64,000 nucleotides of DNA from Escherichia phage vB_Eco_F26. Both the position numbers and the translations under genes were made by a program. Within the stretch, counting starts at the first letter, position 1, and the number at the start of each line of letters is the position of its first letter. The DNA lies in the sequence record OP870145.1. One strand, written 5' to 3'. A model generated the notes under the pieces. The model was not told the origin of the DNA and did not search any database. It was given only the letters and a program-made list of their open reading frames with translations. Shown piece after piece: positions 1 through 9,242 of the stretch.

Positions 1-197
1 CTCCGCTGCGTGGTTCCGATCCGAAGAACTTCCAACCAGTAATGGGATTCAAAACTCGTTACGGTATCGGTATCAACCCATTTGCAGAATCCGCTGCTCA
101 GGCTCCGGCTTCTCGCATTCAGAGCGGTATGCCTTCTATTCTGAATAGCCTTGGTAAAAACGCTTACTTTAGACGTGTATATGTTAAAGGTATCTAA
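1..197 (+). CDS. 23: major capsid protein gp23, C-terminal fragment (gene starts upstream of window)
   Basis: Frame-3 translation ends ...SLGKNAYFRRVYVKGI* as in T4 gp23; followed by terminator hairpin and late promoter of gene 24. Confidence 0.85.
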   Translation, partial: PLRGSDPKNFQPVMGFKTRYGIGINPFAESAAQAPASRIQSGMPSILNSLGKNAYFRRVYVKGI

Positions 198-211
198 TCT
201 TTGACGATTTA

Positions 212-229
212 AGGGACCTTCGGGTCCCT
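212..229 (+). terminator. GC hairpin with UUCG loop plus T-run after gene 23
   Basis: agggacc-ttcg-ggtccct followed by ttagttgttttt. Confidence 0.6.
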
Positions 230-245
230 TTAGTTGTTTTTATGG

Positions 246-253
246 TATAAATA
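246..253 (+). promoter_or_regulatory. T4-type late promoter TATAAATA upstream of gene 24
   Basis: exact TATAAATA about 28 nt upstream of ATG at 281. Confidence 0.6.
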
Positions 254-280
254 AATCATATAAACCAAAAGGAAAGCGCA

Positions 281-1564
281 ATGGCTAAAATCAACGAACT
301 TCTGCGCGAATCAACCACAACGAATAGCAACTCAATCGGTCGCCCAAATCTCGTTGCTTTGACTCGCGCTACCACTAAATTAATATATTCTGACATTGTA
401 GCAACGCAGAGAACTAATCAACCTGTTGCTGCTTTTTATGGTATCAAATACCTTAACCCAGACAATGAATTTACATTTAAAACTGGTGCTACTTATGCTG
501 GCGAAGCTGGATATGTAGACCGAGAACAAATCACAGAATTAACAGAAGAGTCTAAATTAACTCTCAATAAAGGCGATTTATTCAAATATAATAATATCGT
601 TTATAAAGTATTAGAAGATACACCATTTGCTGATATTGAAGAAAGTGATTTAGAATTAGCTCTTCAGATTGCAATTGTTCTTTTAAAGGTTCGTCTATTT
701 TCTGATGCTGCAGTAACAAGCAAATTTGAAAGCTCTGATAGTGAAATTGCGGATGCTAGATTCCAGATTAATAAATGGCAAACCGCAGTTAAATCTCGCA
801 AACTTAAAACTGGTATCACAGTTGAATTAGCACAAGATTTAGAAGCAAATGGATTCGATGCTCCTAATTTCTTGGAAGATTTGCTTGCAACTGAAATGGC
901 AGATGAAATCAATAAAGATATTCTGCAATCTTTGATCACAGTGTCAAAACGCTATAAAGTTACAGGAATTACTGATAGTGGATTCATCGATTTGAGTTAT
1001 GCATCTGCACCTGAAGCTGGTCGTTCATTATACCGAATGGTATGTGAAATGGTTTCACATATCCAAAAAGAATCAACTTATACAGCAACGTTCTGTGTTG
1101 CTTCAGCTCGTGCTGCTGCGATTCTTGCTGCATCAGGTTGGTTAAAACATAAACCGGAAGATGATAAATATCTTTCACAAAATGCCTACGGGTTCTTAGC
1201 TAATGGTTTACCGCTTTATTGCGATACTAACAGCCCATTAGATTATGTAATCGTTGGTGTAGTAGAAAATATCGGTGAAAAAGAAATTGTTGGATCAATT
1301 TTCTATGCTCCGTATACAGAAGGTCTCGACTTAGATGACCCTGAACATGTAGGTGCGTTTAAAGTTGTTGTTGATCCAGAAAGCTTACAGCCGTCTATCG
1401 GTTTATTAGTTAGATATGCTTTATCAGCAAATCCTTATACCGTAGCAAAAGATGAAAAAGAAGCAAGAGTAATTGATGGTGGAGACATGGATAAAATGGC
1501 GGGTCGTTCAGATTTGTCTGTTTTATTAGGTGTTAAGCTACCAAAAATTATCATTGATGAATAA
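281..1564 (+). CDS. 24: head vertex protein gp24
   Basis: 427 aa ORF; same length as T4 gp24, capsid-like fold signature, directly downstream of gene 23. Confidence 0.9.
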   Translation: MAKINELLRESTTTNSNSIGRPNLVALTRATTKLIYSDIVATQRTNQPVAAFYGIKYLNPDNEFTFKTGATYAGEAGYVDREQITELTEESKLTLNKGDLFKYNNIVYKVLEDTPFADIEESDLELALQIAIVLLKVRLFSDAAVTSKFESSDSEIADARFQINKWQTAVKSRKLKTGITVELAQDLEANGFDAPNFLEDLLATEMADEINKDILQSLITVSKRYKVTGITDSGFIDLSYASAPEAGRSLYRMVCEMVSHIQKESTYTATFCVASARAAAILAASGWLKHKPEDDKYLSQNAYGFLANGLPLYCDTNSPLDYVIVGVVENIGEKEIVGSIFYAPYTEGLDLDDPEHVGAFKVVVDPESLQPSIGLLVRYALSANPYTVAKDEKEARVIDGGDMDKMAGRSDLSVLLGVKLPKIIIDE

Positions 1565-1569
1565 AACAA

Positions 1570-1587
1570 AGGGACCTTTCGGTCCCT
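1570..1587. terminator. hairpin between convergent genes 24 and rnlB
   Basis: agggacc-tttc-ggtccct followed by ttttatt. Confidence 0.5.
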
Positions 1588-1593
1588 TTTTAT

Positions 1594-2598
1594 TTAACTT
1601 ACCAATTCAATCCAAGCCGGACGAAGTACATCTTGTACCATTTTAACTAATTCCTTTTTAATCAAAGAAGGATTATCCGCTTGAGTTAGAGTAATACCTT
1701 CACGAGAAGTTTCTTCCAAAATATCTTGAACAGTTAGCCCCATCACCTTTCCAAAATCCTTTGGACCAATTTCGCCAATTTTAGAAATAACGTTATTTAC
1801 TCGGTTCAGTGTAACGTAACAAGCTAAAATCCCCACCAATTTGTTATCAGCTTCTGACAGTTCAACTTTAGCTTTAATAGGCTTATCAGACTTTTTCTTT
1901 TCACTAAATTTGGAATTCTTGCATTTAATCGCTACACGATTGCGATTAGGCAGCCAAGAAGGATAACAAGGTTTCAATACATATCCTTCAGCAGTAAATA
2001 CTTCGCCTTTTGCTTCGGCATTCCAGACGCATTTATTTGCATCAACTAACCCAGCATGGTCTACTGTAAAATTATAATCTTGGACGACAGAATCTAAATC
2101 ATTTGGCAATTTAATAAGATCTTCAAATTTACCACGACCCAAAAGTGGAGCGATTTTAAACCCAAATGAATTACAAAACGATTCCATCATGTAATCATCA
2201 ACATAAGTTACATCACCACTTTCTGTAGTGACAATAATGTCAAATACATAAAAATCTTTATCGCCATAATCGACATTCTTCTGAATGCCAGGTCCAGCGA
2301 ATTCGCCAAAGACTTGATAAGATACAACCGCTGAGGTTTCCATAATATCTTGTACTGCTTTAATAGAATCTTCGTAATTCTTTAGAATAATTTCATACCC
2401 AAAGAAATCTTCAGCAGGAAGAATTGGTCCAGTACGTTTAGCGCAAGTTACTTTATCACGCTCAATAATCAATGAGAAATTTGTGCCGTGAATCTTTTCA
2501 CGAGCTACCCACTCCCCACCAGTCAATCCCAAGCTATAAAGTTTTTCAATAAATTTAGAGTTGTAATGATTTTCAAGACTGCTATACTTTTTAAACAT
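1594..2598 (-). CDS. rnlB: RNA ligase 2 (Rnl2)
   Basis: 334 aa; nucleotidyltransferase lysine motif KIHGTN; T4 synteny next to gene 24. Confidence 0.9.
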   Translation of the reverse strand: MFKKYSSLENHYNSKFIEKLYSLGLTGGEWVAREKIHGTNFSLIIERDKVTCAKRTGPILPAEDFFGYEIILKNYEDSIKAVQDIMETSAVVSYQVFGEFAGPGIQKNVDYGDKDFYVFDIIVTTESGDVTYVDDYMMESFCNSFGFKIAPLLGRGKFEDLIKLPNDLDSVVQDYNFTVDHAGLVDANKCVWNAEAKGEVFTAEGYVLKPCYPSWLPNRNRVAIKCKNSKFSEKKKSDKPIKAKVELSEADNKLVGILACYVTLNRVNNVISKIGEIGPKDFGKVMGLTVQDILEETSREGITLTQADNPSLIKKELVKMVQDVLRPAWIELVS

Positions 2599-2607
2599 AA
2601 TTAATCC

Positions 2608-2886
2608 TCAAAATGTAATTTCTAACCAATCACCATCACGCTGATCACTATTGACTTTAAAGCTGAATCCTTCTTTTCTCAGCCAATCACCAATTTCTTC
2701 AGTAATCAATTTATCACGAGCAATACAATAATAATTAAAATGTGTTTTACCTTGTTCAGCTGCTTTATTAGCAAGTTCCGAAAAATCTTTAATAAAACAC
2801 TCTAGCTTAAACTGTTTACTTTTTAATGCTTTTTCGCGCAATTGATTAGCAAAAGATTCATTTTCATAAAGATCATACTGTTCCAT
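2608..2886 (-). CDS. hypothetical protein (T4 24.2 position)
   Basis: 92 aa ORF, codon usage consistent with neighbours. Confidence 0.5.
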   Translation of the reverse strand: MEQYDLYENESFANQLREKALKSKQFKLECFIKDFSELANKAAEQGKTHFNYYCIARDKLITEEIGDWLRKEGFSFKVNSDQRDGDWLEITF

Positions 2887-3088
2887 TTTTCACCTTTTTA
2901 TTGATATGTCTTTTTCTATAGACAACTTTTTCTCGAGTCTCAAATTTATTCTTAGCAGTCATAGCTCGAGCCCATAATACAGCCACTTCTTTTGCCTGTA
3001 AGTTCAATTCACGAGCAATTTCAATGAATGACTTTCCAGACTCATGAAGCGTAAACACCACAACCTCAGTTCTCATAATTAATCTCAT
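2873..3088 (-). CDS. hypothetical protein (T4 24.3 position)
   Basis: 71 aa ORF. Confidence 0.45.
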   Translation of the reverse strand: MRLIMRTEVVVFTLHESGKSFIEIARELNLQAKEVAVLWARAMTAKNKFETREKVVYRKRHINKKVKNGTV

Positions 3089-3155
3089 GTTATCGAGTTG
3101 GTGCCATTATATACATCATTTTCTGATTGTGTTTTGCGTGCTTTCAAAATGAAGA

Positions 3156-3173
3156 AAGGGGCCGAAGCCCCTT
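3156..3173 (-). terminator. GC hairpin (GAAG/CUUC loop) downstream of hoc
   Basis: aaggggcc-gaag-cccctt immediately after hoc stop. Confidence 0.4.
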
Positions 3174-3177
3174 ATGA

Positions 3178-4593
3178 TTATGGATAGGTATAGATGATAC
3201 CAGTTTCTAAAGCAGTTTTATGAATGATGTATCCATTACGCGATTCTTGGACATCAACTTCTGGATAGTCTTTAATCATCTTCTGAAGAGTGTAACGATG
3301 CAGGTAGTATTTACTATCTGGGTCGTCAGTTTTCCAATCTTTACCTTCTTCGGTCATTTTTTGGATTTCATCCATAACCCACCAACCGCACCAGATATAA
3401 GCTGAAGTACGATGTGGAAGAGGATGAACATAAGGTAGTTCACCTTCTGGTTCAATTGGAGTCCGTTCAGCAATAACAACTTCAGCTGTTGAACTAATTG
3501 TCTTTGAAGTGTAATTATCTTTAGTTAATACTGCTTCAACTTTAATTGTATGAGTACCCGCTGAGGAGGTATCAATACTATAAGTATTAGTAGAATTACT
3601 TTCTGCTACGTTGTCTTTCTTCCAAGAGTACACAATATTAGTATCACCAGGAGCACCAGTAACAGATGCTGTTAAAGTTGCAGTTCCACCAACAGTAGTA
3701 TTAACTGATGGCGGAGATAAAGAAATGGTGGCACTATTAAATGTCGCATTATTAGTTACTACTGTTGCTTCTGCTGAAATTTCTTTTGTAACATAATTTG
3801 TTGCAGAAACAGATGCGGTGCATTTAAGAGTTTTACTTCCGACTTCGGTCGGAGTGAATTTATACGTAGCAGAAGTTGCATCCGGAATATTACTGTCATC
3901 CATTGACCATTGGAATGTTATAGTAGCACCTGAAGGTGCACTAGAGACATTTGCAGTTAAAGTAATAGGAACACCAAAGACTGTAGTCGGAGACTCGGGT
4001 GTAATTTTTAGCGTCGAAGAATTAGCCTTTTTATTTACAGTCAAAGAAACCGCTGATGATTCTACTGTTTTATCAACGTAATCAGTTGCAGTCACTGTGA
4101 CAGAGCAAGTTATAGACTTAGTTCCTTCAGTTGTTGGTGTATATTCAAAGGTTGATTGCTTTTGACCGTCAACATCGACCCCGTCAACTTTCCATGTATA
4201 ATCAATAGCAGCACCAATAGGTTGATTGCTTACATTAGCAGTGAATGTTGTTGCTGTTCCAATTTCTACTGCCGCAGGAGAAGCCGGAGTAACAGTGATA
4301 GTGGAATTATTTTCTTTCTTATTAACAGTGATAGTTGTTGATGCTTCAGCTATTTCCGGATCTCCTGCGGAAAGTGTATTAGTTGCAACCACTTTAATTT
4401 TTTTTGTTCCTGCTGGAGAAGCAAGAGTATAATCCATTGTAGCAGCCGTAGAGCCCTGTGTTATATCATCTACAGTCCAGACGTATGTAATAGTACCGTC
4501 TGGGGTTTCACCTGCAGGTGTAGCAGTGAATGTTTGTGAACCTCCAATAACCCCTGTAGGAGTTAGAGGAGATAACGTGACAGTGAATGCCAT
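3178..4593 (-). CDS. hoc: Hoc, highly immunogenic outer capsid protein, with four tandem Ig-like domains
   Basis: 471 aa; four ~95-aa Thr/Ser-rich repeats plus C-terminal capsid-binding domain ...ELPYVHPLPHR...WCGWWVMDEIQK...IIYTYP. Confidence 0.85.
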   Translation of the reverse strand: MAFTVTLSPLTPTGVIGGSQTFTATPAGETPDGTITYVWTVDDITQGSTAATMDYTLASPAGTKKIKVVATNTLSAGDPEIAEASTTITVNKKENNSTITVTPASPAAVEIGTATTFTANVSNQPIGAAIDYTWKVDGVDVDGQKQSTFEYTPTTEGTKSITCSVTVTATDYVDKTVESSAVSLTVNKKANSSTLKITPESPTTVFGVPITLTANVSSAPSGATITFQWSMDDSNIPDATSATYKFTPTEVGSKTLKCTASVSATNYVTKEISAEATVVTNNATFNSATISLSPPSVNTTVGGTATLTASVTGAPGDTNIVYSWKKDNVAESNSTNTYSIDTSSAGTHTIKVEAVLTKDNYTSKTISSTAEVVIAERTPIEPEGELPYVHPLPHRTSAYIWCGWWVMDEIQKMTEEGKDWKTDDPDSKYYLHRYTLQKMIKDYPEVDVQESRNGYIIHKTALETGIIYTYP

Positions 4594-4602
4594 AAGTTAT
4601 CC

Positions 4603-5283
4603 TTATTTTAATGTTATGAAAGAAGAATTACGAGTTTCGCGAATTAGAACTGATCCATCGCGATTAATATAATAAATTAAGCTAAATAATGTTTGGTGTG
4701 CTGACGCATGTTCAAAACTAGTTGGGTGAGATTTCCAATCCGGAGTTTCAGCAATCCATTGATAAATCCACCAAGGAACAGTGCAGAATCCTGGATTTTT
4801 TCCAATCAGTTGAAGATTCGGACTAAAGTTTTCCGGAAGAGTAAATACAGACGGCTTTTCAGATTCAATAATCTCAGCTACAGCTTGTTCAAACTTTTCT
4901 TCAACAAACGGAGTGTCTTCAATCAAAACTGAGGTATTTTCAGGAATTTTATCCGTTTCTACTACTTCAATTTTAATGTCAGATTTAACCGGAGAATCAA
5001 TCAAAAGTGCTGCTTCTGGATTGACTTCTTCATCGTCATATTTTAATCCCTCTGCGGCATCAGCAGCATCAATTAAGTCTTTAATAGATAACCCATCAGT
5101 CTCCGGCATAGGTTCACTAGCGAGCTTCTGGAGGGCTTCTTCAATATCAACAACGATATTATCAAAAGATTTATTCTTTTTGACTTTTATACCAAACTGT
5201 TCAGCATATTCAGCTAATTTAGCTTTAGCTTCTTTATTATCATCAAGAGCCTTCAGCTCTGCAATATAATCTTTATCTATCAT
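4603..5283 (-). CDS. inh: Inh, inhibitor of prohead protease
   Basis: 226 aa acidic protein at T4 inh position between hoc and uvsW. Confidence 0.75.
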   Translation of the reverse strand: MIDKDYIAELKALDDNKEAKAKLAEYAEQFGIKVKKNKSFDNIVVDIEEALQKLASEPMPETDGLSIKDLIDAADAAEGLKYDDEEVNPEAALLIDSPVKSDIKIEVVETDKIPENTSVLIEDTPFVEEKFEQAVAEIIESEKPSVFTLPENFSPNLQLIGKNPGFCTVPWWIYQWIAETPDWKSHPTSFEHASAHQTLFSLIYYINRDGSVLIRETRNSSFITLK

Positions 5284-5296
5284 AATATTTCCTCAG

Positions 5297-5304
5297 TATA
5301 AATA
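5297..5304 (+). promoter_or_regulatory. late promoter TATAAATA upstream of uvsW
   Basis: exact TATAAATA about 30 nt upstream of uvsW ATG. Confidence 0.5.
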
Positions 5305-5333
5305 TAGATATATTTATTACATGGTATTTAGAC

Positions 5334-6845
5334 ATGACTGACATTAAAGTACATTTTTATGATTTTAGTCACGTGAGAATTGATTGTGAAGAAAGCACAT
5401 TTCATGAACTCCGTGATTTCTTTAGCTTTGAAGCTGATGGGTATCGTTTTAACCCTCGCTTCAGATATGGCAACTGGGATGGACGAATCCGTCTTTTAGA
5501 TTATAATCGTCTTCTTCCATTCGGTTTAGTCGGGCAAATTAAAAAGTTCTGTGATAACTTTGGCTATAAAGCCTGGATTGACCCACAGATTAACGAAAAA
5601 GAAGAATTATCAAGAAAAGATTTTGATGAATGGCTTTCTAAATTAGAAATCTATTCAGGAAATAAAAGAATTGAACCACACTGGTATCAAAAAGATGCAG
5701 TGTTCGAAGGATTAGTTAATCGTCGTAGAATTCTTAATCTTCCAACATCTGCAGGTAAATCGTTAATTCAAGCTCTGCTTGCTCGGTATTATTTGGAAAA
5801 TTATGAAGGTAAAATTCTTATCATTGTTCCAACAACTGCTCTAACAACTCAGATGGCTGATGACTTCGTTGACTATCGTTTATTCAGTCATGCAATGATA
5901 AAGAAAATTGGTGGCGGAGCATCAAAAGATGATAAATATAAAAATGATGCACCAGTCGTTGTTGGTACATGGCAAACTGTAGTAAAACAACCGAAAGAAT
6001 GGTTCTCACAGTTTGGAATGATGATGAATGATGAATGCCATCTTGCTACAGGAAAAAGTATTTCATCTATCATATCAGGTTTAAATAACTGCATGTTTAA
6101 ATTTGGTCTATCAGGTTCATTACGTGACGGCAAAGCCAATATCATGCAGTATGTTGGAATGTTTGGTGAAATATTTAAGCCAGTAACGACCTCTAAATTA
6201 ATGGAAGATGGACAAGTAACTGAGTTAAAAATTAATAGTATTTTTCTTCGCTATCCCGATGAGTTCACTACTAAATTAAAGGGAAAAACTTACCAAGAAG
6301 AAATAAAAATTATTACTGGGCTCAGTAAAAGAAATAAATGGATCGCTAAATTAGCTATTAAGCTTGCACAAAAAGATGAAAACGCTTTTGTCATGTTTAA
6401 ACATGTATCGCATGGTAAAGCTATTTTCGATTTAATTAAAAATGAATACGATAAAGTTTATTACGTATCAGGGGAAGTTGATACCGAAACCCGCAACGTA
6501 ATGAAAACCTTAGCTGAAAATGGTAAAGGAATAATTATAGTAGCTAGTTATGGTGTATTTTCTACTGGTATTTCAGTTAAAAATCTGCATCATGTTGTTT
6601 TAGCGCACGGCGTTAAATCAAAAATCATTGTATTACAAACAATCGGTCGTGTATTACGTAAGCATGGTTCTAAGACAATCGCAACTGTCTGGGACCTCAT
6701 AGATGACGCGGGCGTGGTTTCTAAATCAAAAACATCTTCTAAAAAATACTCGCATTTAAACTATCTTTTAAAACATGGACTTGATCGTATTCAGCGTTAT
6801 GCTGATGAAAAGTTTAATTATGTGATGAAAGAGGTTAAACTTTGA
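5334..6845 (+). CDS. uvsW: UvsW SF2 DNA helicase
   Basis: 503 aa; Walker A LPTSAGKS, DECH box; matches T4 UvsW length. Confidence 0.9.
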   Translation: MTDIKVHFYDFSHVRIDCEESTFHELRDFFSFEADGYRFNPRFRYGNWDGRIRLLDYNRLLPFGLVGQIKKFCDNFGYKAWIDPQINEKEELSRKDFDEWLSKLEIYSGNKRIEPHWYQKDAVFEGLVNRRRILNLPTSAGKSLIQALLARYYLENYEGKILIIVPTTALTTQMADDFVDYRLFSHAMIKKIGGGASKDDKYKNDAPVVVGTWQTVVKQPKEWFSQFGMMMNDECHLATGKSISSIISGLNNCMFKFGLSGSLRDGKANIMQYVGMFGEIFKPVTTSKLMEDGQVTELKINSIFLRYPDEFTTKLKGKTYQEEIKIITGLSKRNKWIAKLAIKLAQKDENAFVMFKHVSHGKAIFDLIKNEYDKVYYVSGEVDTETRNVMKTLAENGKGIIIVASYGVFSTGISVKNLHHVVLAHGVKSKIIVLQTIGRVLRKHGSKTIATVWDLIDDAGVVSKSKTSSKKYSHLNYLLKHGLDRIQRYADEKFNYVMKEVKL

Positions 6846-7534
6846 ATTATAAATTAATATATGATAATTTAATTAATAGAGCCCAGAATCGGGCTCGCCT
6901 TAATGGATACACTGAAACACATCATATAATTCCTAGATGTATGGGTGGTACAAATGATAAGTGTAATTTAGTAGAACTAACGGCTGAAGAACATTTTATA
7001 GCCCATAAACTTTTAGCTAAAATTCATCCAAATCATTACGGTATAATTAAAGCCGTTATATGTATGGGAATGAACTCAAAGACTCATGAAAGACACGTTA
7101 ATAAATCTTACGCGTGGGAACGTCGTAAAATGGCAGAACTTCAATCCGGCGAAGGTAATCCATTTTACGGAAAACACCATACGGAAGAACATAAACAATA
7201 TATGTCAAAACTCATGAAAAGTCGTCCAATTACATGGGGAAATAAAATTAGTAAAACTAAAAGAATGAACCCAACGAAATGGACTGAAGAAGCTAAAAGA
7301 TTACATTCAATCAATCAATCGGGTAAAAATAACGGCATGTATGGAAGGAAACATTCCGCTAAATCTATTCAGAAAATTAAAGATAACATGCCAGATAATT
7401 CAGGAGCTAATAACCCAGCTGCTAAACCTATAGAAGTAAATGGTGTTAAATATAAATGTATGAAAGATGCTTCTAAAGCTACTGGATTATCAATGTACAA
7501 ACTAAGAATACTTAGAAAAACAGTTAATTTATAA
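6842..7534 (+). CDS. Mob-type HNH homing endonuclease, free-standing, TTG start overlapping uvsW stop
   Basis: HHIIPRCMGG...NLVELTAEEHFIAH HNH motif, NUMOD3-like GxxNPFYGKHHTEEHK repeats; SD AAAGAGG 8 nt upstream of TTG; paralog of ORF 34989..35699. Confidence 0.8.
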   Translation: MNYKLIYDNLINRAQNRARLNGYTETHHIIPRCMGGTNDKCNLVELTAEEHFIAHKLLAKIHPNHYGIIKAVICMGMNSKTHERHVNKSYAWERRKMAELQSGEGNPFYGKHHTEEHKQYMSKLMKSRPITWGNKISKTKRMNPTKWTEEAKRLHSINQSGKNNGMYGRKHSAKSIQKIKDNMPDNSGANNPAAKPIEVNGVKYKCMKDASKATGLSMYKLRILRKTVNL

Positions 7535-7549
7535 GGGCTTCGGCCCTTT
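7534..7549 (+). terminator. GC hairpin (UUCG loop) after HNH gene
   Basis: aagggc-ttcg-gccctt. Confidence 0.4.
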
Positions 7550-7559
7550 GGAGAAAAAG

Positions 7560-7790
7560 ATGTTACTAGGATTTAAACAATTTCTTTATGAAGCTTCTAT
7601 TGATGAATTTATGGGTAAAATTGCCTCTTGTCAAACATTAGAAGGTTTAGAAGAACTTGAAGCTTATTATAAGAAAAGAGTCAAAGAAACTGAATTAAAA
7701 GATACTGATGACATCTCTGTAAGAGATGCTTTGGCAGGAAAAAGAGCTGAATTAGAAGATTCAGACGATGAAGTAGAAGAAAGCTTTTAA
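7560..7790 (+). CDS. uvsW.1: UvsW.1
   Basis: 76 aa from ATG at 7560 (tracker ORF extends upstream to a TTG); acidic C-terminus; T4 synteny. Confidence 0.7.
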   Translation: MLLGFKQFLYEASIDEFMGKIASCQTLEGLEELEAYYKKRVKETELKDTDDISVRDALAGKRAELEDSDDEVEESF

Positions 7791-7845
7791 ATTAAAAAAG
7801 GCCCAACCAAAAAGGAAGGGCCAAAACTATAGACTAAAGGTCACA

Positions 7846-8013
7846 CTATAGCAAAAGTTGTGTTTCATTTAATTGTTCTTCCGAACTTTCTGAAACTGGT
7901 AGTTCTTTAATGTAATTATAGCAAGGCCCAGGATGTACAGGACCTTTGTCTGTTTCAACAACCAATGCAGAATCGATTGGAGTTTTACAGACAACACAAA
8001 TCTTATCTGACAT
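7846..8013 (-). CDS. uvsY.-2-like small Cys-rich protein
   Basis: Start chosen at internal ATG with strong SD AAGGAG 6 nt upstream; CVVC...C motif. Confidence 0.55.
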   Translation of the reverse strand: MSDKICVVCKTPIDSALVVETDKGPVHPGPCYNYIKELPVSESSEEQLNETQLLL

Positions 8014-8136
8014 GATTGTCTCCTTTTGAATATAGTAATATTTATAAACCCATTTTAATCCGCATTTCTTGTACACGGATTAAGCAGGCTTCCATCTCTG
8101 CTAATAGTCGAAATACTTCTTTATAATCTGTCATAT

Positions 8137-8364
8137 TTACCCCATATCTCTCATATGCATATCAATGCCCATATCTTTAGAATAAAAATATTCATCAAGA
8201 TATCCGGCAAATTTTCCTTTAATATAAAGGACATCTTCACCACATGGGTGGTCGGCCAGGATACGAATATCCTGACGCTTAAGATTATGCTTTTTCATTA
8301 AGAATTGAATTTCCGTTTCAAATTCTTCTTCATAATTAAAAGCATCATCAATGTTATATCTCAT
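8137..8364 (-). CDS. uvsY.-1-like hypothetical protein
   Basis: 75 aa ORF, start overlaps uvsY stop. Confidence 0.55.
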   Translation of the reverse strand: MRYNIDDAFNYEEEFETEIQFLMKKHNLKRQDIRILADHPCGEDVLYIKGKFAGYLDEYFYSKDMGIDMHMRDMG

Positions 8365-8777
8365 TATTTTCCAGCCTCAAATGCTCGCATGTCTTGAATA
8401 TGCTTAATAGCAAATCCACGCGATTTAATAGCATCAAGAGCTCCGCTACAGAAATCTAATAAAATTCCCCAATATTGTAATGAAGTATCAACCTTTAAAA
8501 CATCCTTATCAGCTGATAGAACTGTTTTCATTTCTGATTTCTCGTAACGATCCATACTAAATTCATCACCATCTCCTCGTCCCGAGTAGTAGTCTAATTT
8601 AGCTTTAAGAGCAACTTTTTTCTGTGCATCAATTCTAAGCATTTCCTTTTTAATACTTGAATGCTTATTGAGCCATTTACTATATAACATCACATTATTA
8701 GCTGCTTCATACTGTAATTTAGTCGAATCTATAAACACATCTTTCTTCAATTCTTCTTGAAGATCTTCTAATCTCAT
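8364..8777 (-). CDS. uvsY: UvsY recombination mediator
   Basis: 137 aa, same length as T4 UvsY. Confidence 0.85.
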   Translation of the reverse strand: MRLEDLQEELKKDVFIDSTKLQYEAANNVMLYSKWLNKHSSIKKEMLRIDAQKKVALKAKLDYYSGRGDGDEFSMDRYEKSEMKTVLSADKDVLKVDTSLQYWGILLDFCSGALDAIKSRGFAIKHIQDMRAFEAGK

Positions 8778-8811
8778 ATTGTTCTCTATTCAATTGTTAT
8801 TGGATGGACTT

Positions 8812-8848
8812 AGATTCATTATACCACGTTTTAACGTGAAGCATTATA
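8812..8848 (-). promoter_or_regulatory. candidate middle promoter (MotA box ATGCTTCA plus TATAAT) for uvsY
   Basis: minus strand reads aATGCTTCAcgttaaaacgtggTATAAT about 40 nt upstream of uvsY start. Confidence 0.45.
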
Positions 8849-9242
8849 CTCTATTACTGGAAGCCAGCTGCAGTTTTATCTGCTCAATATCATCAGGGTT
8901 ATCGATGACCGAAAAGCGTATTTCTACTATCAGAGTATAATCATCATAAACTGGTATCACATTAACTGATAATTTATCAATACGTGGCTCATAGTTTCTT
9001 ACTGCGCTTTCAATATTGCGCTCAACTGTGTCAGCAGTAAGAGGAGTCATATTTTCAAAAAGCTGGTCTGATAAATCACATCCAAATTCAGGGTCAAACG
9101 GTCTTGAACCTTTTCTTGTTGTAATAATTCCCAAAAGACTGTTTTTAATTGACCTTAATCCAAGTGATCTGGAAACATCTTTGTTCCAATCCATTTTCAT
9201 TTCCGGGTCAATATCAGAATAAAGCTTATTAATATTTGCCAT
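8844..9242 (-). CDS. 25: baseplate wedge subunit gp25
   Basis: 132 aa; lysozyme-like gp25 family. Confidence 0.9.
   Translation of the reverse strand: MANINKLYSDIDPEMKMDWNKDVSRSLGLRSIKNSLLGIITTRKGSRPFDPEFGCDLSDQLFENMTPLTADTVERNIESAVRNYEPRIDKLSVNVIPVYDDYTLIVEIRFSVIDNPDDIEQIKLQLASSNRV

Larger units (their letters stand above)
6842..7559 (+). mobile_element. homing endonuclease gene insertion between uvsW and uvsW.1
   Basis: HEG occupies a junction that is a short intergenic gap in T4; flanked by intact uvsW and uvsW.1. Confidence 0.55.

Noticed and set aside
664-1178. Antisense ORFs (91 and 64 aa) inside gene 24
   Set aside because: They lie wholly within a well-supported structural gene on the opposite strand, with no RBS; treated as shadow ORFs.
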